Positions 10,271 through 20,293 of a stretch of DNA of 64,000 nucleotides are shown here, piece by piece; positions within the stretch are counted from its first letter, which is position 1, and each line of letters starts with the position of its first letter. The translations under genes and the position numbers were made by a program. Under the pieces are notes generated by a model. That model was not told the DNA's origin and searched no databases. It saw only the letters and a list, made by a program, of their open reading frames with translations. The stretch lies in contig CAVVYZ010000005.1 of assembly GCA_963752595.1 (NCBI GenBank), positions 224,001 to 288,000 on the forward strand, given 5' to 3'. Source of the DNA: an uncultured delta proteobacterium. Lineage in GTDB: Bacteria > Desulfobacterota > Desulfomonilia > UBA1062.

Positions 10271-11534
10271 CGATACACGTTCGTGCCGCTTCCATCACGT
10301 CGTCCATGACGCTGCTCGTGTGGGCAGTGCTCATGAACAACGCCTCATACGGCGACGGTGCGAGGTATACCCCGCTCTGGAGCATGAGGTGGAAGAACCG
10401 GGAATACAGCTTCGCATCCGATGCCATGACATCGTCAAAGGTCTTTACAGTTCCTTCTTTGAAAAAAATGCCCGCCATGCTCCCCAGGTGATTTACGGCC
10501 ATCGGCAGACCCACTTTCCCTGCAGACTCCTTGATTACGTCAAGTAGGGCTTTCAGTGAACGGGTAAGCCCATCGTAGGGGTCATCCCTTTTGAGGACCT
10601 TTAAGGCGGCAATCCCTGCCGTCATGGCCATGGGATTTCCCGAGAGAGTGCCCGCCTGGTAAACCTGGCCTTCCGGTGCGAGCAGGGACATGATCTCGGA
10701 AGCCCCTCCAAAGGCGCCCACAGGCATGCCGCCTCCGATGATCTTGCCGAGGCAGGTCAGGTCCGGTCGGATGCCGACCATATCCTGATACCCGCAAAAG
10801 CGGAACCGGAAAGCAGTGATGACCTCGTCAAATATGAGAAGGGCACCATGGGCTTGCGTGGTTTTCCGTAAGGCTTCCAGGAAGCCCTTCTTGGGCAGCA
10901 CCACACCCATGTTCCCTGCAACCGGCTCCACGATTACGCCGGCCACCTTTCGGCCGTTTTTTTCCATGAATGCTTCGAACGCCTCAATGTCGTTATACGG
11001 CAACACAGCGCTCGTGGAGGCGATCTCCCGGGGAACCCCGGCCGTATCCGGTATGCCGAAGGTCAGAGCACCGGAGCCTGCCTTGACCAGCAGACTGTCC
11101 ACATGCCCGTGATAGCACCCTTCGAACTTTATTATGATGTCTTTCCCTGTATAAGCCCTGGCAAGCCTGATCGCGCTCATGGTGGCCTCTGTGCCCGAGC
11201 TGACGAGACGAATCTTTTCTATGGAGGGGATCGCTTCGCAGATGATTTCAGCCATGATAATCTCGAGCTCGGTCGGTGCTCCGTAGCTCATGCCTTTGGA
11301 AGCCTGCTCGATCACCGCCTGTACTACTTCCGGGTGAGTATGTCCCAGTATCATCGGCCCCCAGGAGAGGACGTGGTCGACATACCTCTTCCCTTCGCAG
11401 TCATAGAGGTAGGGGCCTTCTGCCTTCTCGATGAATCTGGGAACCCCTCCCACCTTTCTGAACGCCCTCACCGGTGAATTCACTCCTGATGGTATGGACA
11501 GCATGGCACGTTCGAACAGATCGGCATTCTTCAT
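10248..11534 (-). CDS. hemL: Glutamate-1-semialdehyde 2,1-aminomutase
   Basis: GVNSPVRAF, SGTEATMSAIRLAR, FEGCYHGH, LGKIIGGG and QAGTLSGNP. Confidence 0.97.
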   Translation of the reverse strand: MKNADLFERAMLSIPSGVNSPVRAFRKVGGVPRFIEKAEGPYLYDCEGKRYVDHVLSWGPMILGHTHPEVVQAVIEQASKGMSYGAPTELEIIMAEIICEAIPSIEKIRLVSSGTEATMSAIRLARAYTGKDIIIKFEGCYHGHVDSLLVKAGSGALTFGIPDTAGVPREIASTSAVLPYNDIEAFEAFMEKNGRKVAGVIVEPVAGNMGVVLPKKGFLEALRKTTQAHGALLIFDEVITAFRFRFCGYQDMVGIRPDLTCLGKIIGGGMPVGAFGGASEIMSLLAPEGQVYQAGTLSGNPMAMTAGIAALKVLKRDDPYDGLTRSLKALLDVIKESAGKVGLPMAVNHLGSMAGIFFKEGTVKTFDDVMASDAKLYSRFFHLMLQSGVYLAPSPYEALFMSTAHTSSVMDDVMEAARTCIATLSKTA

Positions 11535-12010
11535 GACTGGTCCTTTCTGATATACTCCATGGATGACTTCTTCAATTCCTGAGTGCTCCAGTAAACCTTA
11601 TACCTGCTGAGAGTAAACGATGACGCGATTTCGGTTATGATGCCCTCGACCTCGTCATGTGTTTTCCCGTGGATCATGGAAAAGAGGTTGTACTCTCCGA
11701 AGCCGGGCCTCTCATAACAGTGGGATACAGAACTCCTCTTGGCGATCTCCGAGCCCGTCTCTTCTACGCTGTCCTCCGGGACGGCCCAGACAACCATGGC
11801 GCCTGCCGAAAAGCCCGCCGCCCGGTGGCGGAGAACAGCCTTCATTTCCCTCACTATACCCTGGTGCTTAAGTGCATGTATCCTGTCGATGAACTCACCG
11901 GGCTCAAGGCCTAATTCCTGTGCCCATGCATCAAAAGGCCTCTTCTTTAAGGGGAGGTCTCCCTGGATACGAACGAGAATCCTTTTGTCGATGTCATCCG
12001 GGAACTTCAT
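11531..12010 (-). CDS. ahbB: Siroheme decarboxylase subunit (AhbB/NirH-like, Lrp/AsnC fold)
   Basis: IQGDLPL..RPF, LRHRAAGF, VSHCYER, YNLFSMIH and ELKKSSM; translationally coupled to hemL. Confidence 0.85.
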   Translation of the reverse strand: MKFPDDIDKRILVRIQGDLPLKKRPFDAWAQELGLEPGEFIDRIHALKHQGIVREMKAVLRHRAAGFSAGAMVVWAVPEDSVEETGSEIAKRSSVSHCYERPGFGEYNLFSMIHGKTHDEVEGIITEIASSFTLSRYKVYWSTQELKKSSMEYIRKDQS

Positions 12011-12113
12011 GTTAGGCATCTACACATATTATTCTTTTGCATTCAACAGGAAACCTGGAAGGTTGGGAAGAGGGACAGCAGATGCTTAAAATCTGCCGCC
12101 CCGAATTATTTTA

Positions 12114-12956
12114 TTACCTCCTTACCAGTAACACAGACACAGGGGAAGGATGTATTGCCGGCTGCTCGGCTTTCAGCCTATAGGAATCATACGATTTCAA
12201 ATTATTATTATGGATCATTTCAACGACCTTGTTCACATAGGCATATCCCATCTCGGAATATGTGCTTAAGCCCTTCGCAAGCTCGACGGAATCATAAGGG
12301 AGCCTCTTCTGTGTGCGAATCTTCCTCAGGTGTTCATAATCCGAGCGGGTATTGATATTCCAGAGGTAATAGTCGACACACGCCTGGAGACTGTCAAAGA
12401 TGGAAACGGAAAACGTGCTGTCCGATGCTAATTCCCTGGGCACCATACCAAGACCTTTAACCCCTCGCAAACCGAAAAGATTGTTTCCATGCTGGGCAAA
12501 ACGGGACGTTCCCCATCCCGATTCTATGGCTGCCTGTGCAATCACGAGTGATGCCGGCAGGATATCCACACGGACAAGGAGTTCATCGAGCATGGCACGG
12601 TAATCCCCCCGTTCAACCAGGTAACGATCAGCCAGTTCCTCAATGAACAGTATTTCCTTAAGCGACAGGTAGAACGACGTCTTTTTTATTCGCAGCAACT
12701 CGCTGCGCTGTGCAAGGATGTCTTCATTTGCCCTGAGGACAAGAGGAAGAAGTATATCTATCAACAACTGTTTGCGTTGCTTGATATCCTGTGTTTTGGT
12801 GAACTCCCTCGGGAATGAGGTGGTGCAGGCATAATCTATGAGATAGTATCCGAATTCATCGAGACTTTCCGGATATTTCACCGGGATCATCTCCGGTACT
12901 ATGACGAACATAGTACAAAAAAGGAATACCAGCCCGAAGCTATTTCTCTTCATCAC
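12114..12956 (-). CDS. Bax-like glucosaminidase (GH73) peptidoglycan hydrolase
   Basis: N-terminal TM; AQAAIESGWGTSRFA..GNNLFG motif; YSE..AY. Confidence 0.88.
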   Translation of the reverse strand: MMKRNSFGLVFLFCTMFVIVPEMIPVKYPESLDEFGYYLIDYACTTSFPREFTKTQDIKQRKQLLIDILLPLVLRANEDILAQRSELLRIKKTSFYLSLKEILFIEELADRYLVERGDYRAMLDELLVRVDILPASLVIAQAAIESGWGTSRFAQHGNNLFGLRGVKGLGMVPRELASDSTFSVSIFDSLQACVDYYLWNINTRSDYEHLRKIRTQKRLPYDSVELAKGLSTYSEMGYAYVNKVVEMIHNNNLKSYDSYRLKAEQPAIHPSPVSVLLVRR

Positions 12957-13145
12957 ATCTCCCCGGCAACCTATTTGCCGTTTCTTCTTGAATATTCGAT
13001 AGTTAATTTTGGTAAACGATGACTATAGCAAAAATAAATAATGAAATCAATCCTTAAGAAATGATCTTGGTTTCTTTTTTATATTCATAGACTTATCTAC
13101 ATGATCATGGAATATCTCATAAAAGTTTCCTTTAAAAAAACCTAC

Positions 13146-13174
13146 TTGCAATATGAATGACTATTCAGTAATAT
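13146..13174 (+). promoter_or_regulatory. Putative sigma70 promoter of the F0 atp operon
   Basis: TTGCAA-17 nt-TAATAT with an AT-rich upstream region. Confidence 0.55.
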
Positions 13175-13200
13175 GATATTTGTGATGGAGGATCAGTTGC

Positions 13201-13458
13201 ATGGGGACAGAGAAGGAAGACAGGGAAAAGAAAAGAATATATCTCACGATAGCAGATTTGAGTACCATGGGGATCGCCATGGTACTGTGCATAGTGCTCG
13301 GACTGGTTGCAGGTATTTTCCTTGACAGAAAACTCGGCACTGATCCTATATTTACGCTTATACTACTTTTCGGCGGGATCCTTGCAGGATTCAGGATTAT
13401 GTACAAGGCATACATGAGATTCTTCAATGAAGGCAATTCCGATGGCGGCAATACCTAA
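13201..13458 (+). CDS. atpZ: AtpZ/AtpI-family (gene 1) ATP synthase accessory protein
   Basis: Two TMs, G..LDRKLGT.P..TL...FGGILAGF; first gene of the atp cluster. Confidence 0.85.
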   Translation: MGTEKEDREKKRIYLTIADLSTMGIAMVLCIVLGLVAGIFLDRKLGTDPIFTLILLFGGILAGFRIMYKAYMRFFNEGNSDGGNT

Positions 13459-13825
13459 AGAACCCGCACAGAAGCGTATCGAGATCATATCGGTAGGCAT
13501 CTGGGTCGTCATGTGCGTAACGAGTTATCTTTTTTTCGGAGATCGTTTCGCTTTCGGGGTTCTCATCGGAGGGATCTTGTGCCTCATCAACTTTCAGTGG
13601 CTCTACCGGCATGCAAAAGCCGCCATCTCGCTGACAACGAGCAAGGGTAAGTCATTTATGGCAAAACGCTATTTCCTCAGGCTGGCAAGTATGGGGGTCA
13701 TCCTCTATGCACTGATAGCCTTTGCGAAGGTGGATGTCATAGGGCTTCTCCTCGGCTTATCCGTTGTCATACTGGGAATCACGTCATATGCATGCTTCAT
13801 CTACATATTCGCAGGAGGAGAGTAA
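13442..13825 (+). CDS. atpI: ATP synthase subunit I
   Basis: Four-TM protein, GG...LINF..L, YFLRL, GLLLGLS; upstream of atpB. Confidence 0.8.
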   Translation: MAAIPKEPAQKRIEIISVGIWVVMCVTSYLFFGDRFAFGVLIGGILCLINFQWLYRHAKAAISLTTSKGKSFMAKRYFLRLASMGVILYALIAFAKVDVIGLLLGLSVVILGITSYACFIYIFAGGE

Positions 13826-13826
13826 G

Positions 13827-14537
13827 ATGGAACACGGTTTTATGGTCTTAAATTTCATTAACCACCCCCTTTATGAATTCTTGCATGAACATTTTCATCT
13901 CACAGACGGAAACCATTTTTTGCAGGTTACCTACACATGGTTCTACATGCTTTTTCTGATCCTCGTCTCTTTCCTGGTGGTACGGACCATCAAGCTGATT
14001 CCGGGCAGGCTCCAGAATTTCCTCGAGGTTCTGATCGGCGGATTGAAAGGTCTGCTGGTCGATACCATGGGAGAAAAGGGTATGATCTTCTTCCCCTTGA
14101 TGACGACCCTCTTCCTTTTCATCCTCACCTGCAACCTGGGTGGAATTATCCCGGGATTCTATTCACCCACCGCCAATCTCAACACGAACCTTTGCATGGC
14201 GTTGACGGTCTTTTTACTTACTCACATCGTAGGGATCAAGATCCATGGAATAAAGTATGTAAAACAGTTCCTCGGGCCTGTATGGTGGATGGCGCCGATC
14301 ATGCTGCCTGTCGAACTCATCGGCCACATTGCAAGGCCTCTATCCCTAACCATGCGACTTTTTGGAAATATCTTCGGTGAGGATCTGGTCCTTATCGTCC
14401 TTCTGCTCCTCGTTCCATTCCTTATGCCTATCCCCATGCTCATCCTCATGATCTTCACATCCCTTCTTCAGGCTTTTGTGTTCACACTGCTCGCCATGAT
14501 GTACATCAGCGGAGCAATGGAGGAAGCGCATCACTAA
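13827..14537 (+). CDS. atpB: F0 ATP synthase subunit a
   Basis: [20 protein letters not shown] and LQAFVFTLL; RBS GGAGGAG before ATG 13827. Confidence 0.96.
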   Translation: MEHGFMVLNFINHPLYEFLHEHFHLTDGNHFLQVTYTWFYMLFLILVSFLVVRTIKLIPGRLQNFLEVLIGGLKGLLVDTMGEKGMIFFPLMTTLFLFILTCNLGGIIPGFYSPTANLNTNLCMALTVFLLTHIVGIKIHGIKYVKQFLGPVWWMAPIMLPVELIGHIARPLSLTMRLFGNIFGEDLVLIVLLLLVPFLMPIPMLILMIFTSLLQAFVFTLLAMMYISGAMEEAHH

Positions 14538-14606
14538 AGGTGAGATTGATATTTTTGGATTTTGCATTCATGATAAACGGCAACAGTATACTGTAGTTAG
14601 AAACAC

Positions 14607-14645
14607 AAAAGCTGGTGAGATAGCGGAGTATCATCACCAGCTTTT
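14607..14645 (+). terminator. Terminator-like or processing hairpin between atpB and atpE
   Basis: aaaagctggtga...tcaccagctttt inverted repeat. Confidence 0.5.
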
Positions 14646-14684
14646 TCTCAATACGAACTGAAAATTAAAATATAGGAGGATTAC

Positions 14685-15035
14685 ATGAAAAAACTTTTTT
14701 ATTCGTGTGGGGTTTCAGCATTATTTGTTTTAGTGGGAGCCAGCATGGCATTCGCCCAGGGCACTGCGAGTCCTGAGGCCATCCAGTTCTTCAGCTGGGT
14801 TGCCGTTGCTACCGGCATCGGCATGGGTATCGCCGCAGTCGGCACCGGCATCGGCCAGGGGCATGGCGTTCAGGGCGCATGCGACGGTATCGCCCGAAAT
14901 CCTGAGGCATCAGGAAAGATACTGACAGCACTTATTCTTGGTTTGGCTATGATCGAGTCTCTGGCCATTTATGCACTTGTTATTCAGCTTATCCTTCTCT
15001 ATGCAAATCCATTCCTCAAGTACATCGTAGGGTAA
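14685..15035 (+). CDS. atpE: F0 ATP synthase subunit c with signal-peptide-like N-terminal extension
   Basis: GxGxGxG helix, ARNP loop, ESLAIY; leader ending in AFA. Confidence 0.96.
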   Translation: MKKLFYSCGVSALFVLVGASMAFAQGTASPEAIQFFSWVAVATGIGMGIAAVGTGIGQGHGVQGACDGIARNPEASGKILTALILGLAMIESLAIYALVIQLILLYANPFLKYIVG

Positions 15036-15054
15036 CCCCCTTTAAGGGAATAAC

Positions 15055-15099
15055 AGCAGGGCATCCTTGCACGTCTTCCTATTGCAAGGATGCCCTGCT
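15055..15099 (+). terminator. Hairpin ending the atp transcript
   Basis: Perfect 17-bp stem agcagggcatccttgca / tgcaaggatgccctgct. Confidence 0.7.
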
Positions 15100-15314
15100 T
15101 CGTATCAACATTTTTTTAATCAGTTTTTGATTCCTTCCCCCTTCGATCTACATAGAGAAAGCATCTTCAAGCCCATTCTTGGCTTGCACATAAAAATCCC
15201 CTCTGAATATGGAAACCCGTAGATTTTCATCTACCCGTCAAAGATGTCTTCCTTTGGACAGAAGAAGTTGTGACCGGGCAGGAAGATGCGATGGAAAGCT
15301 GGGTCTACCTCTGC

Positions 15315-15554
15315 CTACATGCCGATGAGTGCTTTGACCTTGTTCTTTCTTTCTTCATCAGAGAAGAGGAAAACCAGCAGACCACCGGCAACTGCAGCGA
15401 TTGAGAGCGGTTTGAAAAAGAATTTGATAATTCCTTTGATGAGAGACAGTGTCCCGCCGATGACCCCGATGATCAAAATATCTGCGACTATGAACTTAAT
15501 GAGCTTGAAAGGAGCAAGAAAAGACCATTTAATGAGACTGAAGAGAAAACCCAT
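15315..15554 (-). CDS. Small hypothetical membrane protein
   Basis: 79-aa hydrophobic ORF with strong RBS (AGGAGG) downstream of csrA. Confidence 0.65.
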   Translation of the reverse strand: MGFLFSLIKWSFLAPFKLIKFIVADILIIGVIGGTLSLIKGIIKFFFKPLSIAAVAGGLLVFLFSDEERKNKVKALIGM

Positions 15555-15613
15555 GATAATACCTCCTGTGCATTTTGTTATCTAGTGTTATATAGTAGTG
15601 TGGAAATCGGGCT

Positions 15614-15853
15614 TCAAGAACCTTTCTTTTTTAAGATCAGATCTTCGGCAGCTCCGAGTGAATCCCGGGAAACAAGGGCAGCGCGCCGGTTCTCTTCTTG
15701 TATTTTGAGGTAAATCTCCTCCCGGTGAACCTCCACATTCTTCGGTGCACGAATTCCCAGCTTCACCTGGGTACCCTTGATCTCAATGACCGAGACCTGG
15801 ATATCATCACCTATGGATACGGCTTCTCCGACTTTTCGGGTTAGTATCAGCAA
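15614..15853 (-). CDS. csrA: Carbon storage regulator CsrA
   Basis: [33 protein letters not shown]; TTG start with GGAGG RBS. Confidence 0.97.
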   Translation of the reverse strand: MLILTRKVGEAVSIGDDIQVSVIEIKGTQVKLGIRAPKNVEVHREEIYLKIQEENRRAALVSRDSLGAAEDLILKKKGS

Positions 15854-15899
15854 TCAGCCTCCCCAAGACAGGGCTATTTTACAAAAGAATATTACATGA

Positions 15900-17691
15900 T
15901 TATTTGATTGAAAGCAATGACTGCATCATTTCATCGCATACGGAAATCAGCTTTGCGGCAGACTGGTAAAGACGTTGGAATTTCAGGATCTCAGCCATCT
16001 CCTCATCGAGATTGATGCCCGTAATGCCCTCTTTCCTCTGGATATACTGGTTCAGGAGAGAATCATTGAATTTCTCATTGAGTTCGGCATTCTCAACATC
16101 CACGCCTATCCGTGCAATGAACGAGCTGTAATAGGAATCGATAGTGGTATTTACCCCTGTGCCTCCGAGGTCCGGGATCACTTCGTCCTGGATAGAGGCG
16201 ATGGCAAGCGCCACATTGTTGTTCCCAGGTGCTACCATGTTATTGCTGTCGAGATATCCTGCAGCGATCAATTGAGAGTTTGCCTCCAGAGCCGAGTTCA
16301 GACCGAGTGACTGGGTGATGTCATCGAGATCCGTTGTAGGCAGTCCTGATTCCTCTGCCCAGGTGAAAAAGGAATTTACTCCCATAATCGCGAGGGCGTT
16401 GCTCGATCCGGCAGCAGTGGGTTTTATTGCAAAGGTGTACCCTGGATCAGCCTGGATCTGGAAATGTCCGCTTCCGCCTCCTGTCAGTGAAACGGCTAAC
16501 TCCCCCCCTCCTGCAGTTGATTCTGCATTGATCTCCGCCATTAATGCCCCTACGGTGTTAGCTCCGGGGTTAATGGTGTATGTATTGGCCACCTCTCCCG
16601 ACGAGTTGTAGACCACGATATCGAACTGCCCGCCGGCATTATACCGATCGGAGAAGAGGAAATCCGTACTCAAGTCATCGGTCGATGCCGTTATATCAAC
16701 GGTCCCCACCATGGAGCCTACCGATTGCAGACCGACTCCTTCCGAATGCAGGGAGTTCACCTGCCATACGAGCTCTTCCGTTAACGTATTCATGGAATCG
16801 ATATAGGTACCTATCTTGTTATCGCGGATGTCCACCCATCCCGCAAGTTTTCCACCTTCCAGTCTGTCCGTTATATCAACGGTCCTGCCCGACTGATCCT
16901 TCCAGATCAAATCGGTGAGTCCGGTCGTGCTGTTCCGCTCATAGTCGATGCTGTAGGTATCTTTACCGAGCACTAACGGAGTGCCTCCCAAAATGTACAC
17001 CATCACCTGCCCGGAAGTTCTCTTCCTCATAGTAGGAGATATCCATGTATTCCGAAAGTTCCTCAAGGAGCATGTCTCTTCTGTCACGGAGATCATTTGC
17101 GTTGATGACGCCTTTAATCTCTACGCTCGAGATCTGGTTGTTGAGCCCTGCAACTTGCTCGATGAGAGTGTTTATTTTATCGACAGATCCCTGGATATTA
17201 CTGTCAAGATGACTCTGGTACTCTCTGAGATTGTAGTCAAGCCCGCCTATAAGCTGCGTCAGGTTATTTGTCTTGGCAAGCAGCGATTCCCGTTCCGGTA
17301 TGCCGTCCGGGTTATCGGAGAGATCGCTCCATGCATTCCAGAATTCGGCCATAACCTGGTTGAGGCCATATCCTTCGCTTTCATTGAAAATAGTCTCTAT
17401 CTCCTGCAGTGAATCGCTTTGAGCCTTCCAGTAATTATACTGAGATTTCCTGAGGGTAACCTGCTCGTTGATAAAGGCGTCATACGATCTGGTCACCTCG
17501 GTTGCCCGTGCACCGGTTCCGATCTGGCCAGGCCCCATAGTGATAGGATAGTTGGGCTGTATCTGCAGCTGTTGCCGCGAATAGCCCTCTGTATTGGCAT
17601 TTGCGATGTTATGCGACGTGACCTCGATGGCCAGCTGTGAAGAGTACAGCGTCCACCTGGCTATATCCAATGCTCCACCTACACCTGGCAT
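15900..17691 (-). pseudogene. flgK: Flagellar hook-associated protein FlgK, split by a one-base frameshift near 17015 (probably an assembly error)
   Basis: N-part: SHNIANANTEGYSRQ, NDLRDRRD. C-part: GINLDEEM...FQRLYQSAAK. The two frames join at YYEEE(N)SGQVMV. Confidence 0.9.
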
Positions 17692-17692
17692 A

Positions 17693-18133
17693 TTATGCTC
17701 CTGTATTCACTGACCGGGGTAAGCCCTTGGTTTTTTTCCCATTTCTATTATACCCGGCCTTTCCCCCGATGAAGAACGGCTCCAGCTGCCGATCGATTTC
17801 AGCAAGCCTGTCTGTCACCATGGTTTTTGAAAGGTCATTGAGGCCCGAGGCAGTTTTCCACAGCTTGATGAGATCCTGCTGCAGAGTCCGTATCTGAGAT
17901 GCTGACTGGCGAAGGGGCTCTCTTTGGATGAGCTCTCTTCCCTTTCTGTTATCCATGATGTCGCTCAGGATTTTCTGCTTCTCCGGCATGGACTCTTCAA
18001 GGGCCTCGACATCCTGACGGGTGATGCATTCAAGCTCTTCCCGGAGGAGCTCGGTGAGGCGCCCGACCAGCAGCTTTTCTTTCTCAAGCCTGGTTATCAA
18101 CTCCGTGTATGCTGTTTCGCCGGATTCCTTCAT
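17693..18133 (-). CDS. flgN: Flagellar export chaperone FlgN
   Basis: 146-aa helical protein directly upstream of flgK, with a C-terminal GYNRNGK motif. Confidence 0.75.
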   Translation of the reverse strand: MKESGETAYTELITRLEKEKLLVGRLTELLREELECITRQDVEALEESMPEKQKILSDIMDNRKGRELIQREPLRQSASQIRTLQQDLIKLWKTASGLNDLSKTMVTDRLAEIDRQLEPFFIGGKAGYNRNGKKTKGLPRSVNTGA

Positions 18134-18185
18134 CGCTTCAGTCTCCTTTCCCTGCCCTCTGCAAGCCGGTTATGCCTTAATTTCT

Positions 18186-18212
18186 TTATCGGTTTTGCTT
18201 GGCTGGGCTTGA
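18186..18212 (-). promoter_or_regulatory. Sigma28 (FliA)-type promoter for flgN-flgK-csrA
   Basis: Minus strand TCAA-15 nt-ACCGATAA (consensus TAAA-N15-GCCGATAA). Confidence 0.7.
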
Positions 18213-18494
18213 ACCCTCACCGTCTTCGGCAAGGGACTGCATATGATTCCTGAGCATGTTTCCGATACCCAAGGCGCCCGATTCCGCTATGGTCTGTCCC
18301 ACTGACTGATAGAGCAAATCCTTATACATATCCGATGCCAGACCCTCTTCGAACAGGCCATCGGGCATTGCTTCGCCCATGACCTGCAAGAGCTGGTGGG
18401 CGAACATGGATTCGAATTCCTTGCAGGCTGCGTCGAGGGCCTTACTCTTATCTGTCTGTTTGAGATGATACATTTCATTTATACCGCTGATCAT
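18186..18494 (-). CDS. flgJ: Single-domain FlgJ (rod-binding domain only)
   Basis: LDAACKEFESMF..QLL..M, MYKDLL, GALGIGNML; follows flgI. Confidence 0.85.
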   Translation of the reverse strand: MISGINEMYHLKQTDKSKALDAACKEFESMFAHQLLQVMGEAMPDGLFEEGLASDMYKDLLYQSVGQTIAESGALGIGNMLRNHMQSLAEDGEGSSPAKQNR

Positions 18495-19582
18495 ATGACC
18501 TCCAGGTCTGCGTACAATGCACCCGTACGCTTTATGCACTGCAGTATGACCACCAGATCCCTTGGGGAAACACCGATCGCATTCAATGCGGAGACCAAAG
18601 CCCCTATGGATGTTCCTGAAGGAAGCATTACGAGCTGCTTACCTCCCTCTTCGACCGTAACGTTGGTCTGGGGAGTAACTGTTGTGACGCCTTTGGAGAG
18701 CGGGTTCGGCTGAGAGACCGAAGGCTCTTCGGAAATCTTGATATTCAGGTTCCCGTGGGCAATGGCCACTGTGGATATCTTTACATCAGTGCCCATTACC
18801 ACGGTCCCGGTCCTCTCATTGACAATCACCTTTGCCCTGTTGTCCGGCCTTACTTCAAAGGACTCGATCATAGCGACAAAATCGACAATATTGTTTTTAT
18901 ACCCTTGCGGCACTTCCACCTGTACGGTTGAGAGATCCTTTGCTGCAGCGACCTTCGCACCCAATCTCGAATTGATGGATTCCACCATCCGGTGTGCGGT
19001 CGTAAAATCGGGATTGTTCATCACGAGCGTCATGATCTGCCCCAGGTCCAGATCCATCGATCGTTCCACAACAGCACCGCTGGGAACAGTCCCTACAGTC
19101 GGGAAGTTTTTGGTCACGCCGGTTCCCGAATCTCCGCCGACGGCAAACCCGCCAACAGATATCGGGCCCTGGGCCATGGCGTAGACCTTGCCGTCCGGCC
19201 CATACAAGGGGGCTGATATAAGGGTCCCGCCTGCAAGTGATGAAGCATCGCCGACAGAGGAGATCGTGCAGTCAAGCTTCTGGGAGCTCTTTGCAAAAGG
19301 CGGAAGATTTGCGGTCACTATAACGGCGGCCACATTTTTCACCTTCAGGGAATTGGGATCTACCATGATTCCCATGTTTCTGAGCATATTGGCCAGAGAC
19401 CGGATAGTAAACTGAGATCCCGACTTGTCACCCGTGCCGTTGAGACCGACAATGAGACCATAACCGGCAAGACGGTTCTCTCTGACGCCCTGGATCTGTA
19501 CAAGGTCCTTGACCCTGACGGCCAGGGCATCGGTGGATATCAGGAAAAGAAGGATGATTATGCATAATAGTCTTTTCATCAT
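18491..19582 (-). CDS. flgI: Flagellar P-ring protein
   Basis: RVKDL, GVREN.L.GYGL.VGL.GTGD, KNVAAV.VTA.LPPF and VIVNERTGTVV. Confidence 0.97.
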   Translation of the reverse strand: MMKRLLCIIILLFLISTDALAVRVKDLVQIQGVRENRLAGYGLIVGLNGTGDKSGSQFTIRSLANMLRNMGIMVDPNSLKVKNVAAVIVTANLPPFAKSSQKLDCTISSVGDASSLAGGTLISAPLYGPDGKVYAMAQGPISVGGFAVGGDSGTGVTKNFPTVGTVPSGAVVERSMDLDLGQIMTLVMNNPDFTTAHRMVESINSRLGAKVAAAKDLSTVQVEVPQGYKNNIVDFVAMIESFEVRPDNRAKVIVNERTGTVVMGTDVKISTVAIAHGNLNIKISEEPSVSQPNPLSKGVTTVTPQTNVTVEEGGKQLVMLPSGTSIGALVSALNAIGVSPRDLVVILQCIKRTGALYADLEVI

Positions 19583-19588
19583 ATACCT

Positions 19589-20284
19589 CTAAAAAGGCCA
19601 GATCTTGTCAATGGCCCTGGCGATAAACCCTTTGTTCTGCTGATCGCCTATGATCCCCGTCCCGTAGTAATCAAGCTGCATATCAGCGATATAGGTTGAT
19701 TGTATGGTGTTCATGGGTGAGATATCCTCGGGCCGTATGATTCCCGACAGGATTATATACTGCAGCTCGCTGTTCACCCGTGTCTGCTTCTTTCCTTTTA
19801 TCACCATGTTTCCCGAGGGAAGAACGCGCTCTATGCGTGCCGATACCACAGCCGAGATCGCTCCCTTGCGGGAGGTTTTCCCGTCGGCCTCGAAGGACGT
19901 TGACGTCTCAGCCTGTACGGTGGGTGACAATCCGTAGCCGAGGACTGAGGAGTGGTCAAGGGGGAGACCGAGCAGGTTGGTGACTGAATTATCCACGCTG
20001 TTGCTCTTGTCGGATTCTGTTTTTGCCTCTTTGTTGGCGGAAGAGCTCTCAACGATCTGTACTACTACGAGATCTCCAACTCTCCTTGCCCGTGCATCGC
20101 TGCACATGTCTGCGAATTTGGCGCTCGGAGACCAGAGGGAACCGGGTGAGGCAAACTTTTCAGAGGCCTCTTCTACGGGAAGCGCAAACTCATCTTCCCT
20201 CAAGCCCGGCGTCTGCTTCATGGAGGAGCAGCCTGCTACAACGGCAAATGCGGCACTCATTATAATAACCTGATACAACCTCAT
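19589..20284 (-). CDS. flgH: Flagellar L-ring lipoprotein
   Basis: Lipobox VAGC, DARARRVGD, GIIRPEDI, C-terminal WPF. Confidence 0.95.
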   Translation of the reverse strand: MRLYQVIIMSAAFAVVAGCSSMKQTPGLREDEFALPVEEASEKFASPGSLWSPSAKFADMCSDARARRVGDLVVVQIVESSSANKEAKTESDKSNSVDNSVTNLLGLPLDHSSVLGYGLSPTVQAETSTSFEADGKTSRKGAISAVVSARIERVLPSGNMVIKGKKQTRVNSELQYIILSGIIRPEDISPMNTIQSTYIADMQLDYYGTGIIGDQQNKGFIARAIDKIWPF

Positions 20285-20293
20285 GTATTCCTC

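Noticed and set aside
12965-12980. GG-N10-GC sigma54-like motif upstream of the Bax gene
   Set aside because: It is a palindrome (cggcaa...ttgccg), and the implied +1 falls at the start codon, downstream of the RBS
17005-17025. Programmed ribosomal frameshifting in flgK (and flgA)
   Set aside because: No slippery heptamer or long homopolymer at the sites and no precedent in these genes; a simple indel is more likely
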